Assembly: GCA_036844545.1 (NCBI GenBank)
Contig: DAIUFO010000001.1
Coordinates: 25,559 to 67,807, forward strand
Reading direction: 5' to 3'
DNA length: 42,249 nt
Source: Chloroflexota bacterium
GTDB lineage: Bacteria > Chloroflexota > JAJPGV01
Within the stretch, counting starts at the first letter, position 1. Every line of letters begins with the position of its first letter. The notes under the pieces are model-generated. The model saw nothing but the letters and a program-made list of their open reading frames with translations, was not told where the DNA came from and did not search any database. Shown one piece after another: positions 11,670 through 18,929 of the stretch. The translations under genes were made by a program, and so were the position numbers.

Positions 11670-12668
11670 GTGGACCTGGCTCACATGGGCGAGTTCGGCG
11701 CGATTGAGCTGTTCCGGCAGGTTTTGGCGGCTCATACGGCCGAAGGCTCGCCGCGGCCGGAGATCGGCATCGGCGACGACGCCGCGGTGTGGCGCCCGAC
11801 CAAAGGCCGCTCGGCCATCGAAACAACTGACCTCCTCATCGAAGAAGTGCACTTCTCCTTGCGCTGGTGCAGCTGGTACGAGGTGGGCTGGAAGGCGATG
11901 GCCGTCAACGTCAGCGACGTGGCCGCCATGGGCGGCCAGCCCAGAGCGGCATTCGTTTCCGCCGGGCTGTCACCGGAAATGGGCACGGACCAGGTGCTCG
12001 AGCTCTATGGCGGCCTGGCTGACTGCGCGGCCGAGTACGGCCTCGCCATCCTGGGCGGCGACACCGTCGCCTCGCCTCGAGCGGCAGTGGTCAACGTCGC
12101 CCTCTACGGGGAGACCTTAGACGAGACCGGAGAGGTGCTGCGCCGCGATCGCGCCCGGCCCGGCGACGCGGTCGGCGTCAGCGGCCCGCTCGGCGCCTCG
12201 GGCGCCTATTTGCGGCGCCAGGAGGCGGCCTTTCGCGCCGCCCACCTCCACCCCCAGCCGCGGGTGACTCTTGGCCAACAGCTGCTGCGAGCCGGCGTCC
12301 ACTGCGCCATGGACGTCAGCGACGGCCTGCTCGCCGACCTGGCCAAGCTGTGCGCCGCCAGCTCCGCGGGCGCTCGCCTTGCCGCCGAGCGCATCCCCAT
12401 TGCTCCAGCCGTCCGGCAATTGCTGCCGGACGATGCCTTGGAGCTGGCCCTCACAGGCGGCGAGGACTACGAATTGCTGGTCTGCGGCCCAAAGGACGTG
12501 CTGGAGCAGCTGGGTTTAACGGTGATCGGCGAGATCGTCGAAGGCAGCGGCGTGCACGTGCTGGACAGCACCGGCGCCAAGCTCGACTACGCCAGCCGCG
12601 GCTACGATGCCTTTGCTCCCTCTCCCGCCGCGGCGGACGAGGGCTGGGGTGAGGGAACCAATGCGTAG
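11670..12668 (+). CDS. thiL: thiamine-monophosphate kinase
   Basis: GEFGAIELF.., IGIGDDAAV and the AIR-synthase-like fold motif (AMAVNVSDVAAMGG, DVSDGLLADL). GTG start. The C-terminal PSPAAADEGWGEGTNA comes from a repeat. Confidence 0.9.
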   Translation: MDLAHMGEFGAIELFRQVLAAHTAEGSPRPEIGIGDDAAVWRPTKGRSAIETTDLLIEEVHFSLRWCSWYEVGWKAMAVNVSDVAAMGGQPRAAFVSAGLSPEMGTDQVLELYGGLADCAAEYGLAILGGDTVASPRAAVVNVALYGETLDETGEVLRRDRARPGDAVGVSGPLGASGAYLRRQEAAFRAAHLHPQPRVTLGQQLLRAGVHCAMDVSDGLLADLAKLCAASSAGARLAAERIPIAPAVRQLLPDDALELALTGGEDYELLVCGPKDVLEQLGLTVIGEIVEGSGVHVLDSTGAKLDYASRGYDAFAPSPAAADEGWGEGTNA

Positions 12669-12717
12669 CACGGACAGCCACTCTCACCCTCACCCTCTCC
12701 CGGCAGCGGGAGAGGGG
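12618..12717. repeat. composite palindromic element, two inverted copies (12618-12656 and 12681-12717), spanning the thiL/tsaE junction
   Basis: Same family as 10737-10853. The thiL stop (TAG 12666-12668) and the only usable tsaE start (ATG 12661) both lie in the 24-nt spacer. Confidence 0.85.
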
Positions 12718-13176
12718 ACAGTAGTCTGCCACACCAGATCGCCCGAGGAAACCCGAGCTATCGGCCGGAAGATCGGCGCCGTTGCGCAGGCGGGCGACGT
12801 ACTCCTGCTGGTGGGCGAACTGGGGGCGGGCAAAACCGTCTTCAGCCAAGGTCTGGGCGACGGCTTGAGCGTCGAGGAGACCGTCAACAGTCCCACGTTT
12901 GTGCTGCTGCACGAGTACCACGGCCGGCTGACGCTGTACCACTACGACCTCTACCGCCTGGGCAACATCGAGGAGACAGTCTCGCATGAGTGGCAGGAGT
13001 TCCTGTACGGCACAGGCGTATCAGTGGTCGAGTGGGCCAACCGAGCGAGCGAGTTCCTGCCCACGGAGCACCTGTTGCTAGAATTCAGCATCGAATCCGA
13101 GACCAGGCGCGTCCTCCAATTGACCGCCGCCGGACGGCGCCACCTCGAGCTTCTGAGCGCTGTCCGATGCTCCTAG
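12661..13176 (+). CDS. tsaE: tRNA t6A37 biosynthesis ATPase TsaE
   Basis: P-loop GELGAGKTVFSQGL and SPTFVLLHEY. ATG 12661 overlaps the thiL stop (ATGCGTAG). The N-terminal roughly 19 aa come from a repeat. Confidence 0.85.
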   Translation: MRSTDSHSHPHPLPAAGEGTVVCHTRSPEETRAIGRKIGAVAQAGDVLLLVGELGAGKTVFSQGLGDGLSVEETVNSPTFVLLHEYHGRLTLYHYDLYRLGNIEETVSHEWQEFLYGTGVSVVEWANRASEFLPTEHLLLEFSIESETRRVLQLTAAGRRHLELLSAVRCS

Positions 13177-13796
13177 CTCTCGACACCGCTACCCACTACG
13201 CCAGCGTCGCCCTGCACGACGGGCAGCGCCTGTTGGGAGAGCACACCTGGCTGGCGTACCAGGACCACACCCGCACTCTTCTGCCTCATGTGCAGGCTCT
13301 GCTTGCCGGCGCGCAGGCCACCATCGACAGCCTGACTGGTATCGCGGTAGCCCTCGGCCCGGGTTCCTTTAATGGCCTGCGTGTCGGCTTGAGCACGGCC
13401 AAAGGCCTGGCCATCGCCCGCGGCCTGCCGCTGCTCGGCGCATCCACCCTGGAGCTGCTGGCCGCCGAATACGGCCTCGACGAGGTGACCATGAACGCCG
13501 GCCAAGGCCACATCTACCGCTGGAAACTCCCCTCTCCCGCCGCTTTCGCCGTCCGCGTAGGACCGGGAGAGGGCCAGGGTGAGGGAACCTGGAGCGGGGC
13601 GGGGTCAGCCTCCGAGATCGAGCTCGTGGACGGCGCCGCCCCCGACCGTGTACGGCATGCCGGCGTGCTGGCGGAGCTCGGCTGGCAGCGTCTGCGGGAA
13701 GGGCGCACACTGGACGTGGCCAAGATCGAGCCCATCTACGTCCGGCCGCCGCACATCACCGAGAGCCGCAAGAAAGCCCACATGCAGGCCGCCTAA
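13167..13796 (+). CDS. tsaB: tRNA t6A37 biosynthesis protein TsaB
   Basis: MLLALDTATHYASVAL.., GIAVALGPGSFNGLRVGLSTAKGLA and a C-terminal PIYVRPP. The start is placed at ATG 13167, overlapping the tsaE end by 10 nt. Confidence 0.85.
   Translation: MLLALDTATHYASVALHDGQRLLGEHTWLAYQDHTRTLLPHVQALLAGAQATIDSLTGIAVALGPGSFNGLRVGLSTAKGLAIARGLPLLGASTLELLAAEYGLDEVTMNAGQGHIYRWKLPSPAAFAVRVGPGEGQGEGTWSGAGSASEIELVDGAAPDRVRHAGVLAELGWQRLREGRTLDVAKIEPIYVRPPHITESRKKAHMQAA
13530..13586 (+). repeat. repeat copy inside tsaB: arms CCCTCTCCCG / CGGGAGAGGG with a 24-nt loop, plus CCAGGGTGAGGGA
   Basis: Read directly. Translated in frame as PSPAAFAVRVGPGEGQGEGT. Confidence 0.8.
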
Positions 13797-13797
13797 G

Positions 13798-14436
13798 ATG
13801 GCCACCACCTCGTCCACCTTCTACGTCGACCGCATGAGCGTGGCCGACATCCAGGAGGTGATCGAGATCGAGCGGCAGAGCTTCAGCCTGCCCTGGCCGC
13901 CGAACGCCTACAAGCGCGAATTGCAGGACAACCGCACCGCGCACTACATCGTGGTCCGGCGGCAGGAACCGGGCAGGCCGCCTCCTGCCCCAGCGCCCAA
14001 ACAGGACGAGCACCGAGGCCTGCTCGGGTTCCTGAAGTCGCTAAGCTCGTCGCCGTCGCTCGCGCCTCGGCAGGGCCCACCCACCCTCTACGGCTACGCC
14101 GGCCTGTGGCTCATGGTCGACGAGGCCCACATCACCACCATCGCGGTCCGGCCTGAGTCTCGCGGCAAAGGGCTGGGCGAGCTGGTCTTGTGCGGCCTGG
14201 TGGATACCGCGCTGGAGGTCAGCGCCCGCATCATAACCCTGGAAGTGCGCGTCTCCAATACCGTTGCCCAGAACCTGTACCTCAAGTACGGCTTCAAGCA
14301 GTCCGGCTTGCGCCGCCGCTATTACAGCGACAACAACGAGGACGCGCTGATAATGACCGCCGAGAACATCCATGCGCCGGTGTTCCTGAACAACTACAAG
14401 CTGCTGAAGAACAGCCTCCTGCGCAAGCTGGAGTAG
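13798..14436 (+). CDS. rimI: ribosomal-protein-alanine N-acetyltransferase (GNAT)
   Basis: GNAT core IAVRPESRGKGLGELVL.., YLKYGF, and the conserved position between tsaB and tsaD. It carries an insertion of about 40 aa of low complexity. Confidence 0.85.
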   Translation: MATTSSTFYVDRMSVADIQEVIEIERQSFSLPWPPNAYKRELQDNRTAHYIVVRRQEPGRPPPAPAPKQDEHRGLLGFLKSLSSSPSLAPRQGPPTLYGYAGLWLMVDEAHITTIAVRPESRGKGLGELVLCGLVDTALEVSARIITLEVRVSNTVAQNLYLKYGFKQSGLRRRYYSDNNEDALIMTAENIHAPVFLNNYKLLKNSLLRKLE

Positions 14437-14445
14437 GCAGCCTCT

Positions 14446-14518
14446 GTCATTTTGAGCGAAGCGAAGGACCCGCTCCGACGGCTGGCCCACGGATGCTTCG
14501 CTCGACGCTCGGCATGAC
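14446..14518. repeat. 73-nt imperfect palindromic intergenic element (GTCATTTTGAGCGAAGC...GCTTCGCTCGACGCTCGGCATGAC)
   Basis: The ends GTCAT/ATGAC and the inner arms GAGCGAAGC (14454-14462) / GCTTCGCTC (14495-14503) pair. This is the type of repeat that yields 'ILSEAKD / RFAQNDR'-like pseudo-peptides. Only one copy is in the window. Confidence 0.7.
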
Positions 14519-14529
14519 AAACTTGCGTC

Positions 14530-15564
14530 GTGCCAAACATCGTGGCCGTCGAGACGTCCTGCGACGAGACTTCGGCCGCGGTCGTCCGCGATGGCCGCTT
14601 TGTCGTCAGCAACGTCACCTCCACACAGGAGGCGATCCATCGCCGCTACGGCGGGATCGTGCCCGAGGTGGCCTCGCGCGAGCACCTGCTGACGATTGTG
14701 CCGGTGGTCAAGGAAGCCGTCGAGCAGGCTGGCGGTTGGTCCGCCATCGACGCCATCGCCAGCGTCCACGGCCCAGGTTTGGCTGGCTCGCTGCTGGTGG
14801 GCGTCAACATCTGCAAGGCGCTGGCGCTGGGGCGCGACTTGCCCTTGCTTGGCATCAACCACCTCGAGGGGCACATCTACGCCAACTGGGTGTACGACGA
14901 GGCAAACCCCGGCGAGCCGCCGGAGTTTCCGCTGCTGGCGCTCATCGTTTCCGGCGGGCACTCCGAGCTGGTGTTGATGCACGACCATGGCGACTACCAA
15001 CTGATCGGCCAAACGCGCGACGACGCCGCCGGCGAGGCGTTCGACAAGACCGCGCGCCTACTCGGCTTGGGCTACCCCGGCGGGCCGGCCATCCAGAAAG
15101 CGGCCGAGGGGTGCCATCACCCAGCCTCGCCCACCGCGGTGGGCGAGGAACAGATACGCCTGCCCCGGGCCTGGCTGCCGGGCACGCATGACTTCAGCTT
15201 CAGCGGCCTGAAGACGGCCGTGCTCCGGCTGGTCAGCTCGCCACACGAGGAAAGTGACGCATGGACCGCGGCGGTGGCGGCCGAGTTCCAACGCTCGGTG
15301 GTCGAGGTGCTGGTGGGCAAGACTGTGGCCGCGGCCGAGGAGCTGGGCGTCCGGTCGGTAGCCTTGGCCGGCGGCGTCGCCGCCAACAAGCCGCTGCGCG
15401 AGGCGCTGCAGCGGGTGGTCAGCTTGCCGTTCCACTGTCCCCGACTGTGGCTGTGTACCGACAACGCCGCTATGTCCGCCGCGGCCGGTTACTTCCACCT
15501 GATGCGCGGCGACGTCGCCGGGTTCGACCTGGACGTCGTGCCTGGGCTTCGGCTCGCCTCCTGA
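14530..15564 (+). CDS. tsaD: tRNA N6-adenosine threonylcarbamoyltransferase TsaD
   Basis: 344 aa. VAVETSCDETSAAV, INHLEGHI, SGGHSEL and FSFSGLKTAV. GTG start. Confidence 0.95.
   Translation: MPNIVAVETSCDETSAAVVRDGRFVVSNVTSTQEAIHRRYGGIVPEVASREHLLTIVPVVKEAVEQAGGWSAIDAIASVHGPGLAGSLLVGVNICKALALGRDLPLLGINHLEGHIYANWVYDEANPGEPPEFPLLALIVSGGHSELVLMHDHGDYQLIGQTRDDAAGEAFDKTARLLGLGYPGGPAIQKAAEGCHHPASPTAVGEEQIRLPRAWLPGTHDFSFSGLKTAVLRLVSSPHEESDAWTAAVAAEFQRSVVEVLVGKTVAAAEELGVRSVALAGGVAANKPLREALQRVVSLPFHCPRLWLCTDNAAMSAAAGYFHLMRGDVAGFDLDVVPGLRLAS
15114..15148. repeat. repeat copy inside tsaD: degenerate CCATCACCCAG flank plus a perfect 24-nt palindrome CCTCGCCCACCGCGGTGGGCGAGG (15125-15148)
   Basis: Read directly. 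Translated in frame as ASPTAVGEE. Confidence 0.85.
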
Positions 15565-15668
15565 GCGGGCGCATTTGGCAAAGGAGCGGTTCGGAAGAAA
15601 GTCCCAACCACCTGGCAAGCAGAAGCCCAACCGGGTAAGCTCATCGCAACTTAAATTCGGAGGACAAC

Positions 15669-16031
15669 GTGGACTTTTACCTGGAAGTGTTGAAGAGATA
15701 CGCCGACTTCAACGGCCGCGCCGGCCGCAAAGAGCTCTGGATGTTCGTACTCTTCAACATCATCGTCACAATCGTTTTGAATATTGTCGGGGGACTCATC
15801 CACTTAGCGTTCCTGGGCACTCTCTACTCACTTGCGGTTCTCTTGCCAAACCTGGCGGTGGGGGCTCGACGGCTGCACGATCGCGACATGAGCGGCTGGA
15901 TGTTGCTCATCGGGCTGATTCCCGTCTTCGGCGGGATCGCGTTGATCGTGATCTTCTGCCTCGATGGCACGCCTGGCGACAATCGCTTCGGCCCCAAACC
16001 CAACGGCGCCGTCTCCGTCGCCACGTCGTAG
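15669..16031 (+). CDS. DUF805 family inner-membrane protein
   Basis: 120 aa. YADFNGRAGRKELWMF.., RRLHDRDMSGW and a C-terminal GDNRFGPKP. Strong SD (GGAGGA) 4 nt before GTG 15669. Confidence 0.8.
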   Translation: MDFYLEVLKRYADFNGRAGRKELWMFVLFNIIVTIVLNIVGGLIHLAFLGTLYSLAVLLPNLAVGARRLHDRDMSGWMLLIGLIPVFGGIALIVIFCLDGTPGDNRFGPKPNGAVSVATS

Positions 16032-16058
16032 ATAGAGCGAATAGTCCCGCTCTATCTA
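16029..16058. terminator. 11-bp-stem hairpin TAGATAGAGCG-(8 nt)-CGCTCTATCTA between convergent genes
   Basis: Perfect inverted repeat. The two arms contain the stop codons of both convergent genes (TAG 16029-16031 and, on the minus strand, TAG 16056-16058). No U-tract. Confidence 0.5.
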
Positions 16059-17597
16059 GATCTTCGGCGTTAGGACGTACAGCTCTACGTTGGCAAAGCT
16101 CTGGCCTTCCGGCACGGGCTGCCAGGGCACGTCCCTGCGCTTGGCGTAGAACTCGTCCTGAGCGTGGATGAAAAGCCAGTAGGCGTCGTCGTGGACGTAG
16201 CGGCCCAGCTGCTGCAGCACCTTCACCCGCTCCTGGGGGTCGACGGTCCGGCGGCTGTCGTCGATCAGGCTGTTGAGCTTCCCATCGGGCGCATGCCCTT
16301 TGCGCTGGTACAGCGACCAAGCCAGCATCGCGTCCGGGTCGGCCGTGGCGCCCCAGGCGACTGACGTCATGCCCTCGAACGTGCCCGCCAGCCAGTCCGA
16401 TTGCAGCTTGGCGCGCTCGGTCGGCTGCAGCCGCACCTTGATGCCCACGTCGTTCAGCTCGCTGGCTACGGCCTCGGCGATCTCGCGGTCCTTGAGGAAG
16501 GTGCCGCTGGTGATGGTCCAGGTCGTCTCGAAGCCGCCGCTGTAGCCAGCGTCGGCCAGCAGCTGCTTGGCCTTGGCCGGATCGTAGGCGTAGGGCTTCA
16601 GGTTGGGGTCATACCCCGGCCAGGTCGAGCCGAATGCGCCGTGCAGCAGCTCGCCGTGGCCCTCGAGCACGTCTTTGAGGATGGCGTCACGGTTGACGGC
16701 GTAGTTGACCGCCTGCCGCACCTTCACGTCCGAGAATGGCTTCTTGGTGGTGTTGAAGGCGTAGATGATGGTCCGGGCGCCCTTCAACGAGGCCACTTCG
16801 GTATTGCCCGTCGATAGCTCCGGCAGCTGCGGCAATGGCGGCGCCTCGACGATCTGCGCCCCTCCGCTCTTGAGCTCGGCCACGCGCGTAGCCGGATCGC
16901 CGATCTGGCGAATGGTCAGCCGCTGGGGCTGCACCGTGCCGCGCCAGTAGGTCGGGTTCGCGTCCAGCACAATGCGCTGTCCCCGCGTGAACTCCGTCAG
17001 CTTGTACGGGCCGGTGCCGATCGGTTTGGCCGCGAACGCCTCCAGTCCGGCCTTGTCTCGCGCACTCTTCGGCAGGATGTAGAGCTGCGCCAGGTTGGCC
17101 GCCAGCCCTGGGCGAGGCCCGTCGGTGGTAATGCGCAGGGTCAGAGGGTCCACCGCCTGCACGTTGGTGATGCCCTGTGTGTAGATGTTGTGGGCCGACT
17201 TGGCATCCAGGTCCAGCTTGAGCGAGTACTCGGCGTCGGCTGAGGTGAAGTCGTCGCCGTTCTGGAACTTGACACCGCTGCGCAGCTTGAAGTCCCATAC
17301 GTTGCCGTTGGTCGTCCAAGACTCGGCCAGGCGCGGCGTGAGCTTGAACGGCTGGCCCTCGTAGGTAACGAGCGCCTCGAAGATGTGCCGCTGGACCTCG
17401 TTCGTGCCATTGGTCGTGTCGCTCGTGCCGGGGTCGAGGCTGGTGGCCTCCTCGGTCAGGGCCACTGTCCATTGGCTGCCGGCCGGCTTCGAGGCGGGGC
17501 TGGCCGAACCACCGCTGGCTGCTGGCTGGGCGCCGCCACACGCCGCCAGCAGGACGGCGGTCAGGGCAAGCGTTGGCAGTCGACGAAATGACGGCAT
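16056..17597 (-). CDS. ABC transporter substrate-binding lipoprotein, family 5 (peptide/nickel/opine type)
   Basis: Lipobox LLAAC, then family-5 SBP-like sequence throughout. The start is placed at ATG 17597 (SD GGAG 9 nt upstream) rather than the track's TTG 17612. Confidence 0.9.
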   Translation of the reverse strand: MPSFRRLPTLALTAVLLAACGGAQPAASGGSASPASKPAGSQWTVALTEEATSLDPGTSDTTNGTNEVQRHIFEALVTYEGQPFKLTPRLAESWTTNGNVWDFKLRSGVKFQNGDDFTSADAEYSLKLDLDAKSAHNIYTQGITNVQAVDPLTLRITTDGPRPGLAANLAQLYILPKSARDKAGLEAFAAKPIGTGPYKLTEFTRGQRIVLDANPTYWRGTVQPQRLTIRQIGDPATRVAELKSGGAQIVEAPPLPQLPELSTGNTEVASLKGARTIIYAFNTTKKPFSDVKVRQAVNYAVNRDAILKDVLEGHGELLHGAFGSTWPGYDPNLKPYAYDPAKAKQLLADAGYSGGFETTWTITSGTFLKDREIAEAVASELNDVGIKVRLQPTERAKLQSDWLAGTFEGMTSVAWGATADPDAMLAWSLYQRKGHAPDGKLNSLIDDSRRTVDPQERVKVLQQLGRYVHDDAYWLFIHAQDEFYAKRRDVPWQPVPEGQSFANVELYVLTPKI

Positions 17598-17608
17598 AGT
17601 TCTTCTCC

Positions 17609-18913
17609 TCAATCCAGAATCGTTGGGCCGGTCACGGGGGTGGCCAGCGCGTTCAGCGCCTTGGCCACCAGAGCCTTGCGGAAGGCGCGCTCGTCATCCC
17701 GGCGCAGACTTGGGTCGCCGGTGACGTTGACGATGGCCTTGCCGCGGATGATGCGATTGGCGCCGACGGCCAGCGCCACGTTGTCCAGCGCGGTGATGTA
17801 GGCGACTGGTATCCCGCTGGACTCCAGCTCCTTGGCGAGCGCGGCGCCGCCGCGACTGCACGACCCTCAGGCCCCGGTCAGGATCACGCCTTCGACGCCC
17901 GCGCCGTGCAGCTCGCGCGACATCTCCCGCGCGAAGCGGCGCATGGTGGGAATCGCTGAGGTATTGCCGACGGTCGTGTACAGCTCGTCGTGAAGCTGGC
18001 GAAAAGCTCCCTGCTGCTCCAGCTCCCGCAAGCTGTCCAGGGGAGCCATGCGGTCGGGGTCCTCGTTCACGTTGGTCGTGTCGAAGCCACCGTGCACGGA
18101 CTGCCAGTCCGCCGGCTGAAAGCGCTCCAACCCGGCAATGGAATAGCGCAGCCACTTGCTGGCGTAAGCCGATTCCAACCGGTCGGGATTACCGCGGGGC
18201 ACGACGCCGCCGGTGGTAATCATCGCGATCTTGGCCTGGGCCACATCCGGAATGGGCGGCGCCGGCTCGATCAGGCTGTACGTTGGCACCGTCCATTCGG
18301 TGGCGTACGGCTGTCCCGCCACCTTCCGCAGCAGCATGTCCACCGCCCGCTCCGCAGCCGTCCGCTCCGAAACCTGGTGGACGCGCCGGCCGGTGGGGAT
18401 GTATCCCTCCTCTGCCGGTGGGCCAAGCTCCTCGCCCGCGTGCAGCCTCAACGCCAGAGACGCCATCCGCTCCAGCGCGTCGCGCATGCCCAGCGCCGTG
18501 TCCCGCGTGCTGGCCAGGTACACCTTGGTCCGGTACATGTCGGCGCCAGGGTTCCCCGGGTGCATGCCCGATACAGCCGTGATGCCCAACGTCTCCTGGG
18601 CGTGGGCGCACACGGCGCCGCAGGCTAAGCCGTAACGGCCAGCTGCGAATGCCGGCCCCGCAATCAAGATGTCGGGAGCCTCGCTGGCGACCAACGGCAT
18701 GACCTCGTCCATGGCGCCGGAGGATTCGTTGGCGTAGTTGTCGCCGCAGTAAACGGTCGAGACCACTTGGGCGCGGTCGCCGAGTGCCTGCTGTAGCGCC
18801 AAGCCCGGGCCGGCTGGGCCGGACTTCCGGCCGGGCGGCAGCCCCGCCCGCGTCTCGCCGCCGATGCCCGCGAAGAACTGGTTGAGGTAATGGACCACTC
18901 GAAGGGCGCTCAT
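17609..18913 (-). CDS. grdB: GrdB-like selenoprotein (glycine/sarcosine/betaine reductase protein B selenoprotein-subunit family), 434 aa with Sec at residue 349 encoded by UGA 17867-17869
   Basis: The N-terminus is LRVVHYLNQFFAGIGGE. The ORF stops at TGA, but the same frame continues for 85 codons: U-GSCSRGGAALAKELESSGIPVAYITALDNVALAVGANRIIRG.., ending at TGA 17609-17611. The length and the Sec context match GrdB. Confidence 0.85.
17867..17869 (-). other. in-frame UGA, predicted selenocysteine codon
   Basis: The plus strand reads tca at 17867-17869. Family-conserved sequence lies on both sides of it in one frame. Confidence 0.8.
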
Positions 18914-18929
18914 CCCAAATCTCCTTCCG

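Noticed and set aside
11560-11826. Upstream 89 aa of the GT2 track ORF
   Set aside because: The Arg/Pro-rich stretch has no GT2 similarity. GT2 enzymes start a few residues before the ..PAHNEAENI motif.
17694-18155. 153-aa minus-strand ORF overlapping the grdB-like gene and its UGA region
   Set aside because: It is in a different frame from the GrdB-like sequence and has an Arg-rich, GC-artefact composition. The conserved post-UGA sequence is in the GrdB frame.
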